Assembly: GCA_036785375.1 (NCBI GenBank)
Contig: JAWMAR010001626.1
Location: 62,001 to 126,000, forward strand
Source of the DNA: Leucoraja ocellata
Taxonomy: Eukaryota
Direction of reading: 5' to 3'
DNA: 64,000 bases
Positions 37,160 through 49,998 of this stretch are shown here, piece after piece (within the stretch, counting starts at the first letter, position 1; every line of letters starts with the position of its first letter). The notes below the pieces were generated by a model. That model was not told the DNA's origin. It worked only from the letters and a program-made list of their open reading frames with translations, and made no database searches. Position numbers and translations under genes: made by a program.

Positions 37160-37670
37160 AGGGAAATGAGAGATATAGACGATGGTGTAGAGACATATAG
37201 AACAAAGAATGAAAGATATGCAAAAAGTTAACGATGATAAAGGGAACAGGCCGTTGTTCGCTGTTTGTTGGGTGAGAACGAGAAGCTGATGAGACTTGGG
37301 TGGGGGAGGGATGGAGAGAGAGGGAATGCCGGGGCTGCCTGAAGTTAGAGAAATCAATATACATACCACTGGGCTGTAAACTGCCCAAACAAAATATTAG
37401 ATGCTGATCCTCCAATTTGCATTTAACCTCACTATGACAATGGTGGTGTCCGAGGACAGAAAGTTCAGTGTGGGAATGGGAAGGAGAATGAATGTGTTTA
37501 GCAACCAGGAGATCAGGTAGGTCATACATCTCTCCACATCATCGTCTATATCTCTCGTTTCCCTTTCCTGTAACTTTCAGTCTGAAGAAGGTTCTCGATC
37601 TGAAACGTCACCCATTCCTTCTCTCCAGAGATGCAGCCTGTCCTGCTGCGTTTCTCCAGCTTTTGGTGTT
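37160..37670. mobile_element. Penelope-like fragment with inverted terminal portion and hammerhead-like motif (37582-37609)
   Basis: Minus-strand ORF HTELSVLGHHHCHSEVKCKLEDQHLIFCLGSLQPSGMYIDFSNF; the 3' part recurs inverted at ~37525-37670. Confidence 0.7.
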
Positions 37671-37877
37671 GATTTGATTAGTAGGGGTGTCAGAGGATAT
37701 GGGGAGAAGGCAGAAGAAAGGGGTTAGGAGAGAGAGATTTATCAACCATGATTGAATAGCAGAGTAGAGTTGATGGGCTGAATGGCCTAATTCTGTACCT
37801 ATCGTCTATGACCTTATATACCAGCGCTGCTAATAGATTATTGATGTTCGTGCACAATATACGATCTCCGTACTTAC

Positions 37878-38171
37878 ATTCCACAGTCAGTGTGAGGGTC
37901 TGCTCCGATGACACAGTTGGGTATGTGACTCTGCAGGTGAGGCTTTGTCCGTGATGTTTGAGCGCTGGGGTCAGGGACAGAACAGAAGTATATGTCAGAG
38001 TGTTACCCTGCTGAGTTACACTGTGTGAGGCTGACGGTGGTTCATCAGCGGGGGTGACCCAGGTTAAGGTGGGTGCCGTTCCATCACACGTGGTGCTGAA
38101 GGAGCAGGTCATGTTCACAGGCTTTCCTGCCACCAATTCAGCAGGAAATATCGTGGGTTTATCCGTGAAAT
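37878..38171 (-). CDS. Siglec-like gene, first C2-set Ig exon
   Basis: gtgttag/gtaagt, 294 nt, phase 1-1; DFTDKPTIFPAELVAGKPVNMTCSFSTTCDGTAPTLTW...HHGQSLTCRV; extra Cys typical of the Siglec inter-domain disulfide. Confidence 0.95.
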
Positions 38172-38860
38172 CTAACACACAGAGAAACAAATACTGTTAG
38201 TTAAATATCACTGGATACATCGGTTCACATCGAAATCCCAGTCCCACACGAGCAAGGATGTTTTTACAAGGTATAGAAGTGTGAAAACGCACACCTCCAG
38301 ATTCAGGGACAGTTTCTTCCCAGCTGTTATCAGGCAACTGAATCATCCTACCACAACCAGGGAGCAGTCCTGAACTACTATCTGCCTCAGCAGAAAGATT
38401 ATACATGATTGCAATCGAGCCATTTGCAGTGTATGGATACGTGAAGGAGTTTCTTCCCAGAGGCAATTCGGACTGTAAACGCCTTTCTCACCAGGGACTA
38501 ACTGTATAGAACGTTTTTCCTTCTATTATTTATTAAGTAAAATAATATGTGTGTTATGATTGTGTTTATAATTTGTTTGGTTGTTTTGTTGTTCCGCGAG
38601 CATTGCCACTTTCATTTCACTGCACATCTCGTATGTGTATGTGACAAAAAAACTTGACTTGACTTGACTTGACTTGATAAGGGAATAACGGTTAGTGCAA
38701 GGTAAAGCCAGCAAAGTCCAATCAAGGATAGTCCGATGGGTCACCAGTGAAGTCGACAGTAGTTCAACACTGCTATGTGGTTGTGGTAGGATGGTTCAGT
38801 TGCCCGATAACAGCTGGGAGAAACTGTTGAGTGAATGAGTGAATTAAACAGAGCACTTAC

Positions 38861-39223
38861 CACTAACAGTGAGCTGTGTTACAGTGGGGTAGCTGTAACG
38901 ATTTCCCCCATCGAAATCAACTCTGAACAAATAAGGACCTGCATCTTGCGGCGTGACGTTGTCTATAACCAGGGAACAGTCGTTGTTTCTCAGGATTCCT
39001 GACAGCCGGGTCCGATGCTGAAACTTTGTTGATTCTAGACTGTGATCCCCGGAGTGGAAGGCTACAGGATCTTTGTGCGACCCACTGTTATACCAGATTC
39101 CAGTCCGTGGTTTACTGTTCAGATACGACGGGTATGAGTAGTGACACGGAATCCGTGCACACAAACCGTTCTGCGCTGTCACAGCTCTGGGATTCCACGC
39201 TCTCGAGCGTCCCGACATCACGG
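38861..39223 (-). CDS. Siglec-like gene, N-terminal V-set sialic-acid-binding exon
   Basis: ctcctcag/gtaagt, 363 nt, phase 1-1; GLCARIPC, GIWY, RTRLSG, NNDCSLVIDNV, DAGPYLFRVD (essential Arg), NRYSY. Confidence 0.95.
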
Positions 39224-39359
39224 CTGAGGAGAGAAGGAACAATCTTTAGCAGTGAACACCCTGTCCGTTCACTGGACTTTCCACACCGTTTATCCTGTGC
39301 TGTGGACCCGGTGTGAACAGAGCGTAGAAGAGCAGCATGATGGCGTAGTGGTAGAGTCT

Positions 39360-39660
39360 CCCTCCTCAACGCCCCTCCCCCAGTGCATCACTCCCTCCTC
39401 ACCGCCCCTCCCCCAATGCATCACTCCTCCTCACCGCCCCTCCCCCAATGCATCACTCCCTCCGCACCGCCCCTCTCCCAGTGCATCACTCCCTCCTCAC
39501 CGCCCCTCCCACAGTGCATCACTCCCTCCGCACCGCCCCTCCCCCAATGCATCACTCCCTCCTCACCGCCCCTCCCCCAGTGCATCACTCCCTCCTCACC
39601 GCCCCTCCCCCAGTGCATCACTCCCTCCTCACCGCCCCTCCCCCAGTGCATCACTCCCCG
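39360..39660. repeat. 33-bp minisatellite, ~9 copies, in a Siglec intron
   Basis: Unit CAGTGCATCACTCCCTCCTCACCGCCCCTCCCC. Confidence 0.95.
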
Positions 39661-39690
39661 TAAACACTTCTGAGTTGCTGCTGATGGTAC

Positions 39691-39730
39691 CTTGGAGAAG
39701 GGAGAGGACGAAGAACGATCTCCCGATCAT
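39691..39730 (-). CDS. Siglec-like gene, signal-peptide exon (exon 39691-39772 including UTR)
   Basis: acaATG MIGRSFFVLSLLQ plus phase-1 G, donor gtacca; joins in frame to the V-set exon (..LLQAVMSG); acceptor ctttctcttccag at 39773. Confidence 0.88.
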
Positions 39731-40949
39731 TGTCCGATCCCAGATATCCCGTCAGATACCCGATCTCCCGGTCTGGAAGAGAAAGTTATTGCAGTAAAAC
39801 TCCAGCGACCAATATACATTAAGCAACATGAATGCAATGCTGAGGCTCTATGAGGAGCTGGTGAGGCCACATTTGGAATATTGTGAGAACTTTTGAGCCC
39901 TGTATCTGATGAAGAATGTGCTGGCTCTGGAGGTCCAGAGGTGGTTTACAGGAATGGTCCCAGGAATGAGTGTGTTTACATATGAGAGTGTGTGTCAGCA
40001 CTGGGTCTGTACTACCTGGAGTTCAGAAGAATGAGGGAGGACCACATTGAAACTTACCGAATAGTGAAAGGCTTGGATAGAGTGGATGTGGATAGGACTT
40101 TTCCATTACTGGGAGGGTCATAGCCTCAGAATTCAACGTTGTTCTAGGAAGGAGATGAGGAGGAATTTCTTTAGTGAGAGGGTGGTGAATCTGTGGAATT
40201 CTTTGCCACAGAAGGCTGTGGCGGCCCAGTCAGTGGATATTGTTGAGGCAGAGAAAGATAGATTGTGAATTTGTCCGGGTGCCACGGGTTATAGGGAGAA
40301 GGCAGGAGAATGGGATTAGTAGGGAGATGGATCAGCCATGATTAAAAGGCGGAGTAGATTTGATGGGCTGAATGGCCTAATTCTGCTCCTATCACATGTC
40401 TGTAAATATCACCAACATCATACGCTGCACCAACTACATTGAAGCTGTGGTCAATAAAGCAACTGATGTCTCATCTTGCTCAAAAGATGAAGAAAGTTCA
40501 GCATTTCTCCAGTGACTCACACCAACTTCTCCACATGAACTATGAAAGAACACTGTTAGGTTGCATTACACTTTGGTTTGGGACCAGCTCTGCCCAAGAC
40601 CACAAGAAATTGCTCAGAGCTTATTTTAGTTTAGAGATACAGCACAGAAACAGGCTCCCACGGCCCACAGACCATGCCGACCACTTCACACACTAGTTCT
40701 ATGTTTACCTTTTGAGATACAACACGGAAACTGGACCTTTACCCCACCGTGCCCGCATCGACCATCGATCACCCGTTCACACACTAGTTCTGTGTTTAGT
40801 CTAGAGATACAACGTGGAAACAGGCCCTTCGACCCATCGAGTCTGTGCCGACCAGCGATCCCTCGCACACTAACACTATCCTACACACGCTAGGGACAAT
40901 TTACAATGTTGCCAAGCCAATTAGCCTACAAACCTGCATGTCATTGGAA

Positions 40950-41395
40950 TGAAGGGGGAAGGGGTGTGTGGGGAGGGGGTTTATGGGGGCGGGGGGTGTA
41001 GGGGAGGGGGGTGTAGGGGGGGAGGGTGTAGAGGAGGGGCGGTTTAGGGGAGTGGGGTGTAGGGGAGGGGGGGTATAGGGGAGGGGTGATGTAGGAGTGT
41101 GGGGAGGGGGGGTGTAGGGGAGGGGGGGTGTAGGGGAGGGGGGTGTAGGGGAGTGGGGTGTAGGGGAGGGGTGTGGGGGAGGGAGGGTGCGGGAGTGGGG
41201 GAGTGTGGGAGGGGGGGTGTGGGAGGGGGAGTGTTTTAGGGGGGTCAACAGCCCACACTCTGCTGCTTCAGCTTTATTCTCGGCAGCTTCTGGACGGGCG
41301 ACATCTGAACCGTTTTTGAGCAAATTTAAAAACAACACAGAGGGGAAGTGGTCAAGATGAGAGTTTTAGTAATAGTGTAGACAGAAGATAGATCG
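40950..41395. repeat. G-rich satellite-containing element related to 1520-2415
   Basis: (GTAGGGGAGGGG)n-like core followed by GAGTTTTAGTAATA, also found at the end of 1520-2415. Confidence 0.5.
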
Positions 41396-43539
41396 TAACA
41401 GGATGCATCGCAGCTTGCTTTGGGAACAGCTCCTCCATCCAAGATCTAGGACAAGGGGTCACAGCTTAAGGATAAGGGGGAAATCCTTTAAAACCGAGAT
41501 GAGAAGAACTTTTTTCACACAGAGAGTGGTGAATCTCTGGAACTCTCTGCCACAGAGGGTAGTTGAGGCCAGTTCATTGGCTATATTTAAGAGGGAGTTA
41601 GATGTGGCCCTTGTGGCTAAGGGGATCAGGGGGTATGGAGAGAAGGCAGGTACGGGATACTGAGTTGGATGATCAGCCATGATCATATTGAATGGCGGTG
41701 CAGGCTCGAAGGGCCGAATGGCCTACTTCTGCACCTAATTTCAATGTTTCTATGTTTCTATGCAACAGGTCCTTCGGCCCACCATGTCCATGCCAGCCCT
41801 TTTTTCAGCCCATCTATTGGTATGATTGTATAATTGCCATGTGTACCAGAATTCAGTGTTTGCACGCAACCCAGGCTGGTCGTACTGTATAAGGTCATAA
41901 GTGATAGGAGCAGAATTAAGCCGTTCGGCCCATCAAGTCTGCTCCACCATTCAATCATTGCAGACCTATCTCTATCTCCTAACCCCATTCTCCTGCCTTC
42001 TCTCCATAACCTCTGACACCAGTACAAATCAAGAATCTATCCATCTCTGCCTTAAATAATCCACTGACTTAGCCTCTACAGTCTACTGTGGCAAAGAATT
42101 CCACAGATTCACCACTCTCTGACTGAAGATGTCCTTCCTCATCTCCTTCCTAAAAGAACATCCTTTAATTCTGAGGCTGTAATCTCTAGTCCTAGACTCT
42201 CCCACTAGTGGAAACATCCTCTCCACGTTCACTCTATCCACGCCTTTCATTCTTCTGTATGTTCCCCCCCTCATTCTTCTAAACTCCAGCGAGTACAGGC
42301 TCAGTGCTATCAAACACTCATCATATGTTAACCCACTCATTCCTGGGATCATTCATGTAAACCTCCTCTCCAGAGCCAGCACATCCTTCCTCAGATATGG
42401 GGCCCCAAATTGCTCACAATATTGAGTACAATATATACTGAGAGTCATGGGAGAGGGAGACACAGAAATACCTTTCTGTCCTGGGCCTCTTTCACTGTTA
42501 GAGTCAGGCCCAACGCAAATTGGGGAACAGCACCTCATATTACGCTTGGGCAACTTACATCCGTACGATTATCTACTTCTCTAACTTTGTAGCCTTGCTT
42601 TCCCTCTTTCTCCATCCCTCCCCTTTCCTATTCTACAACCAGTCTGACGTCCCCTTGATTAAATCTTATCTCTGTTTGCTTCGTTGTCAGCTTCTCCTAG
42701 CTAACAATGATCTATGCTACATTTTCATCCAACTTCATTCTCTTTGCCTTGTTTTCACACCTTTCACTTCCTTAACTCTGTGCCTCCCCCTCACCTGACT
42801 TTCAGTCTGAAAGACGGTCTCGACACAAAACATCACCCATTCCTTCTCTCTGATTCTCAGATTCGGGGACAGTTTTTGCCCAACTGAATCATCCAACCAC
42901 AACCAGAGAGCAGCGCTGAACTACTGTCTACCTTTTTGATGACCCACGGACTATCCTTGATCAGACTTTGCTGGTTTTACCTTGCACTGAACACTATTCC
43001 CCTATCTGTACACTGTAAATGGAACAATTGTAATCATGTGTAGGATGGAACTGCAGATGCTGGTTTAAACCGAAGTTAGACACAAAATGCTGGCTTAACT
43101 CAACAGGACAGGCAGCATCTCCTGAGAGAAGGAATGGGTTTTCACACCTTACCCTTCCATATCTATAGACTCTGGATAGAAGAAATGGGTGACACTTCAG
43201 GTCAAGACGAGATGCTGCTGGTCCCGCTGAGTTACTCCAGCATTTTGTGTCTATCTTTGATTGTAAACATGTGTTGTCTTCCCTCTGACTGGTTAGCTTG
43301 GAACAAAGGCGTTTCCCTGTAACTCAGTGCACGTGACAATAAACTAAACTAAATTCTCCAGAGATGCTGCTTGTCCCGCTGAGTTACTCCAGCGCTTTGT
43401 GTCTATCTTTGGTGTCAACCAGCATCTGCAGTTACCTTAATACACAAAGTATTTCAGTGATCAGACTCTGCACAAAGTCGCAACTCAGCTGAACTGGTGG
43501 TTGTACGTGGGAACGAGCGACAGACACGGAATTACGTAC

Positions 43540-43690
43540 CTGGGTTCTCTCCGCTGGTCGAGTATCGACTGACAAACACTCAGGGGGCCAGTGTCCTCAT
43601 CCTCAGCGGCCGTCACTGTGTGGAGAACACAAATGTGTAGAGGGGTAGATTAGCATTTGAAAACGGAAGTAAAATAAGGAAGTATTATTT
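43540..43690 (-). promoter_or_regulatory. Putative non-coding first exon (donor at 43540) and TATA-less ETS-site promoter of the right Siglec gene
   Basis: Unique sequence island among repeats; CAG|GTACGT donor; two GGAAGT motifs (43664-43670, 43677-43683); short uORF at 43580-43600. Confidence 0.55.
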
Positions 43691-43704
43691 TATCAGCAAA
43701 CGGT

Positions 43705-46185
43705 TAAGTAAGTAAGTAAATAAGTTTAATGGTCATGTATCCATATACAAGGAATTTGCCTTGGTGCTCTGCCCACAAGTAACAACATGACATACAGTGA
43801 CAGTTACGAATAACTCAGAAAACACTAAACATTAATAATAATAAAACATTAATGATAAAACACCATTGATCAAGCATGTGAACCAACAAAATACCAGATC
43901 AAAGGGAGGCTACAGATTTTTGGCTGTTGAGTAGAGCAACTATTCGTGGATAAAAACTGTTTTTATGTCTGGCTGTAGCAGCTTTGACAGTCCGGAGTCG
44001 CCTACCAGAGGGAAGTGATTCAAAGAGTATGTGGCCAGGGTGAGAGGGGTCAGAGGTGATCTTGCCCGCTCGCTTCCTGGCCCTTGCAGCGTACAGTTCA
44101 TCAATGGAGGGACGGTTGCAGCCAATAACCTTCTCAGCTGATCGGACGATTCGCTGCGGCCTCCAGGTGTCGTGCTTGGTGGCTGAGCCAAACCAGACCA
44201 TGATGGAGTAGGTGAGAACAAACTCTACGACGTCCGTGTAGAATTGGACCATCATTGCCAGTGGCAGATTGTGCTTCCTCAGCTGCCGTAGGAAGTACAT
44301 CCTCTGTTGTGCCTTTTTGACTGTGGGGTCGATGGTAGCCCCCCCCCCACTTAAGGTCCTTGGAGATGATGGTTCCCAGGAACTTAAAAGACTCCACAGA
44401 TATGACTGTGGTGTTGTTGATGGCGAGTGGGGTGAGGGGAGGGGGAGCTCTCCTAAAGTCTACAATCAATTCCACTGTCTTAAGAGCATTGAGCTCCAGG
44501 TTGTTGCGATGGCACCAGGACACCAGCTGTGACACTTCCTGTCTGCAGGCAGATTCCTCCCCACCCTGAATCAGTCCAATCAGGGTTGTGTCATATGCAA
44601 ACTTGAGACACTTGATAGAGGAGTCAGTGGAGGTGCAGTCATTGGTGTAGAGAGAGCAGAGGAGAGGAGAGCGCTTTGCGGTGCTCCTATGCTGAGTGTT
44701 TGCGGGTCCGAGATGTGCTTTCCCAGCCTCACAAGCTGCTTCCTGTCTGTCAGGAAGCTGGTGATCCGACAGAGGGGTTCACGCACAGTCAACAAGGAGA
44801 ATTTGGAGTGTAATAGCACTGGCACAATAGGTCCCCTGGCGGTCGAGGAGCTGTAGGATGAAGTACAGGCCCAGGTTGACTGCATCATTCACAGATCTAT
44901 TGGCCCGATATGCAAACTGCACAGGGTCCAGCGTGATATTTTTGAACTTGGCCAGCATAAGCCTTTCAAGTGTCTTCATGACTACAGAGGTCAGTGCGAC
45001 AGGCCTGTAGTCATTAAGACAAGTAGTCCTTGCCTATTTGGGTACAGGGAGAATAGTGGAGACTTTGAAGCAGGCAGGAACAGTACATGTTTGCAGGGAC
45101 TGGTTAAAAATGTCTGTATAGACCTTTGTTGTGGGTGTAGAAGGGCCCAGTCTTTGCAGACTGAGGTCAGACTGTGAGTGGGTGTGAAGTGTTGGTTGGG
45201 GTGGGAAATGGTCCAGTCTTTTCAGACTGCAGTCTTGCCTAAAGTAGGTGTGAAGTGGTGATTGGGAAGGAGAGGGTGCAGGGTCGATTCTTTGCAGGCT
45301 GGGGTCTGGCTGTGTTGGTTGGGGAGGGGGTACCAGGGTTACGTTTCCGATTTTCAAACCTGCAGTAAAACTCATTCAGGTCGTTGGTCAAAGAGCGGGG
45401 ACCTCCCTCTTGTAGCTGGTAATTTCATGCCCCTCCAAACTGAAGAAGAGTCACTAGCTGAGAACTTGCTCCGCTATTTCTCAGAGTACCTTTCCTTGGC
45501 AGCTCTGATTCCTCTTGTCAGCTTGTACTTGGCCTGCCTGTAGAGGTCTGCATCCCCGCTCCTGTAGGCCTCCTCTTTAGACCGACCGGAGCTGTCTGAG
45601 TTCTGCAGTGAACCAGGGCTGTTGCTGTTGAACCATGTCCGGGTGTTAGTTGGAATGCAACTGTCCTCGCAAAAGCTGACATATGATGATAGTGTGATGA
45701 TACAAAGCCAGGTCTCGGTGAAACACAGGGCAGCAGCTCGAGAGAAATCCTTGTTTGTCGGATGCAGGAGTTGCAGTTCGTGCACTTTGTTCTTGAGAGA
45801 ACGTATGTTTGCCAGGAATATGCTCGGGAGTGGTGTGCGTGATCCTCGTCGGGTGAGTGCTCCAGAGCATTTCCCACGGGTCCTCCTCCGTCTCAAGACC
45901 TTGAACGCAGTCACAGCCCCGCCGATGAGTACGTCCAAATAATCCAGCGAGTGAGAGACATCCGCAACAATATTTGCAGGTATCGTATGTCCGATGTTTA
46001 TGAATACATCTCTCATAAAAGTAATCTTTGTAGGGTTTTCACAGACGACACAAATGAACAAACACATACAAAACAGCAAGGAGCAGTACACCGTGGCCGC
46101 CATCGTCGCAAGCAAGCTGCACTGCAAGCAAGCTACACTGCAAGCAAGCTACACTGCAAGCAAGCTACACTGCAAGCAAGCTAAC
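43705..46185 (-). mobile_element. Rex1/Babar-clade LINE, internally deleted
   Basis: APE motifs LPSIFLANIRSLKNK and LCFTETWL; RT QFAYRANRS, LELNALKTVELIVDFRR, YFLRQLRK; (TTAC)n tail; 16-bp tandem repeat CAAGCAAGCTACACTG at the 5' end (~46109-46183). Confidence 0.85.
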
Positions 46186-48304
46186 CCTTTAACCCCAGAT
46201 GGGGCATGACTTTGACTTATTGGAGGGAGTGCTGTACTGTGGGAAGAGTCCCTCACTCTCTCTGCAAACCTATTCTGGCTGTAACCCTATTTCTGGTCTC
46301 TACAACCCCCTCCCCACCAGCCCCTACACCCCTCCCTGTCAAATTGGAGGTATTTAATCTAACGGGTGTGCCAGCTTCCTGTTCCACAGTGCCATGGTTA
46401 GGTTGCTGATTTGGATAAGACTGCACTGATTCAAGAATTGTTTAGGAAAGAACTGCAGATACTGGTTTGGACAGGCAGCATCTCTGGATAGAAGAAGGGT
46501 CTCCACCCGAAACATCACCCATACCTTCTCTCCAGAGATGCTGCCTGACCCGCTGAGTTACTGACTCAAGAATGTCTGGAATTGTGCAAGGCAAGTTTGC
46601 TCAACTAACTATGCAAAGTTTTATAATGAATTAGCAGAGGGTCAGAATCAAGAACAGAGAACAGCACAGGAACAGCCCCTTCGACCTCAAATGTCTGTGC
46701 CGAACATAATGCCAAACTAATCTCCTTTGCCTGTCCATAATCTGGAATTCTCCGCATGTCCAAGTGCCTATTTAAAGGCCACCAAAACACCTCTATCACC
46801 GCTGGGTCGACCATCACCCATAGGCACCACCACTCTCTGGGTAAAAAAATAATCCCCACACATTTTAAATCGCGTTAAGTTTAGAGATACAGCGTGGAAA
46901 AAGGCCCCTCGGCCCACCCAGTCCACACCAACCATCGATCATCAGTTCACAAACTAGTTCTATGTTTAGTTTAGAGATACAGCGCGGAAACAGGTCCGCC
47001 GGCCCTTCAAGTCCGTGCCAACCAGCGATCCCTGCACAGTAACACCATTCGATACACACGAACAGTGGCGGATTGGCCAGGGTGTCAGCTTGCAAGTGGC
47101 AAGTGGGCCCCTGATGAAGTGGGCCCCATATATCAAATAAAAATGCAACAAAGAAACAAACACAGACAACTGTTTTAATAATCAAAAGGAATTAGAAAAA
47201 AAAGAGAACAGGACACAAATAAGCAGTGCATGAAAAGGAACAAAGCAGGAGAGGTAGTGGAAGGATGTGGAATAGGGGGGCTCGGGTCGGGCATAATTAA
47301 GGAAATTCGATGTTTGCAGCAAGAGTGTGTGAATTTAAAGATAAAGTTACAGTTCGTGGTTTGAGATGGTCGGCAACTTGAAAGGATATCAAGCCGTACA
47401 TAGCGTCGTGAGGTCACCGAAAAGGAGACATGGTACCTTTGACCGTGAATCATGAGGTCAAAGATATTGAAGTGATAAGTCATGAACTGTAAACTCAAAG
47501 GGTTGCGACTTGTAACACTGCACTGGTATCAAACTGGACATGTTCACTTTGGTCGTGGGACCATTATTAATGTCTTACTATAGTCGGACCAAACTTCTAA
47601 GTTTCAACAGATGGCTCAGTTGCTTGCTGGTGTGAGCACTGGACAAGTGGATTGTCTCCTCTTCTGAAGCTGCATAGGCCACAGTAGTATTGACTAATGA
47701 ACATAGCCTATTGAAGTGTAAGTAAGTTATTTGATATTTTTTATCAAGTAGGGGTTTATCTGGCGTTCTTTCAAGTTATTCTTGCAATCATCAATATTCA
47801 TAATATGTTTAATGTGGCATATGAAACGTATCTACATTGGAAATCTTCGTAAAGTTGTTGGGTGTATGTTTTCCTACCATTTGTAAATGCTCCGATTGAA
47901 AGTCTTTAAAGCAGTCAGAAGTTAATCAAAACCGAGCATAGAAATAGCCCCAAAAGAGAAAGTTACGCGAGTTATTACATTCAAAAGAAGGGTTTGCAGT
48001 CATTGAGAAAATTGCTGATCAATTAGAGTTACATACCTACCCAGAAATGATCAGGCTTTTGAAGAATGTAAAAAGCAATGCCACCGATTCTGAGGCCAAT
48101 ATGGTTATTGAAGAACATTATTTTGAAATTTTGAGTTTTTGTATATGTATTATAATGTAGGCTAACCTAGTGAAGGGAAATGTTAAGTTTTCAATAAAAT
48201 ATCATTGTTGCATATAACTTCTTGTTGCATCATTCACCAGGCAGCTAGACGTGGCCTTTACCATCCTTTTATATATTTTTTCGAGTTTCGTAAAAAAGGT
48301 TTCG

Positions 48305-49998
48305 GTAAACAATATCCAAGTTCCATCTCCCAGAAGTACTGGAGGACAGAGGATCTAAGGGGGTAGAGGAACTGAAAGAAATTTTCATTAGGCGAGGAAT
48401 AGTATTGGGTAGGCTAAGGGACTGAAGGATGATAAATCCCCTGGGCCTGATAGTCTGCATCCCAGGGTCCTCAGGGAGGTGGCTCTAGAAATAGTGGACG
48501 CATTGGTGACCTTTTTCGAATGATCAATAGATTCAGGATCAGTCCCTGTGGATTGGAGGATAGCTAATGTTATCCCACTTTTCAAGAAAGGAGCGAGAGA
48601 GAAAACGGGGAATTACAGACCAGTTAGCCTGACGTCGGTGGTGGGAAAGATGCTGCAGTCAATTATTAAAAAAGAGGTAATAATGGGGCATTTGGATAGC
48701 AGTAAAAGGATTATTCCAAGTCAACATGGATTTATGAAAGGGAAATCATGCTTGACTAATCTTCTGGAATTTTCTGAAGATGTGACAAGTAAAATGGATG
48801 AAGGGGTGCCAGCGGATGTAGGGTATCTAGACTTTCAGAAAGTCTTTGATAAGGTCCCGCTCGGGAGACTGGTGACTAAAATTAGAGCACATACTATTGG
48901 GGGTAGGGTGTTGACATGGATAGAAAATTGGTTGGCAGACCGGAAGCAAACAGTAGGAGTGAACGGGTCCTTTTCAGAATGGCAGGCAGTACTAGTGCAG
49001 TGCCGCAAGGCTCGGTGTTGGGGCCGCAACTGTTTACCATATATATTAATGATTTGGAACAGGGAATTAGGAGCAACACGAGCAAGTTTGCGGATGACAC
49101 AAAGCTGGGTGGCAGTGTGAACAGTGAAGAGGATGTTAGGAGGTTGCAGGGTGACCTGCACATGTTTAGTTAGTGGGCAGATGCGTGGCAGATGCAGTAT
49201 AATATAGATAAATGTGAGGTTATCCACTTTGGCGGCAAAAACAAGGGGGCAGATTATTATCTCAATCGGGTTAAGTAAGAGGGAGGTACAGCGAGACCTG
49301 GGTGTCCTTGTACACCGGTCACTGAAAGTTGGCGTGCAAGTACAGCAGGCAGTGAAGAAAGCTAATGGAATGTTGGCCTTCATAACAAGAGGATTTCAGT
49401 ATAGGTTCTTCTGCAGTTGTATAGGGCTCTGGTGAGACCACATCTGTAGTATTGTATACAGTTATGGTCTCCCAATTTGAGGAAGGACATCCTTGTGATT
49501 GAGGCAGTGCAGTGTAGGTTCATGAGATTGATCCCTGGGATGGCGGGACTATCATATGAGGAAAGATTGAAAAGACTAGGCTTGTATTCACTGGAGTTTA
49601 GAAGGATGAGGGGATATCTTATAGAAACATATAAAATTATAAAAGAACTGGACAAGCTAGATGCAGGAAAAATGTTCCCAATGTTGGGCGAGTCCAGAAC
49701 CAGGGGCCACAGCCTTAGAATGAAGGGGCGGCCATTTAAGACTGAGGTGAGAAAAAACTTTTTCTCCAAGAGAGTTGTGAATTTATGGAATTCCCTGCCA
49801 CAGAGGGCAGTGGAGGCCAAGTTACTCGATGGATTTAAGAGAGAGTTAGATAGAGCTCCAGGGTCTTGTGGAGTCAAGGGATATGGGGAGAAGGCAGGCA
49901 CGTGATATTGATAGGGGACGATCAGCCATAATAACAATGAATGGCGGTGCTGGCTCGAAGGGCCGAATGACCTCCTCCTGCTCCTATATTTTATGTTT
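48305..49998 (+). mobile_element. CR1/HER1 LINE (RT region to 3' end) nested in the hAT
   Basis: DWRIANVIPLFKKG..GNYRPVSLTS, QHGFMKGKSCLTNLLEF, VPQGSVLGP, FADDTKL. Confidence 0.92.

Noticed and set aside
39360-39660. CRISPR-like regular repeat
   Set aside because: Head-to-tail units with no unique spacers, no cas genes, vertebrate context; it is a minisatellite.
38861-39730. Assigning a specific symbol (MAG, SIGLEC1, CD22, CD33)
   Set aside because: Family features are clear, but orthology cannot be judged without a phylogeny; domain count and sequence do not match MAG as I recall it.
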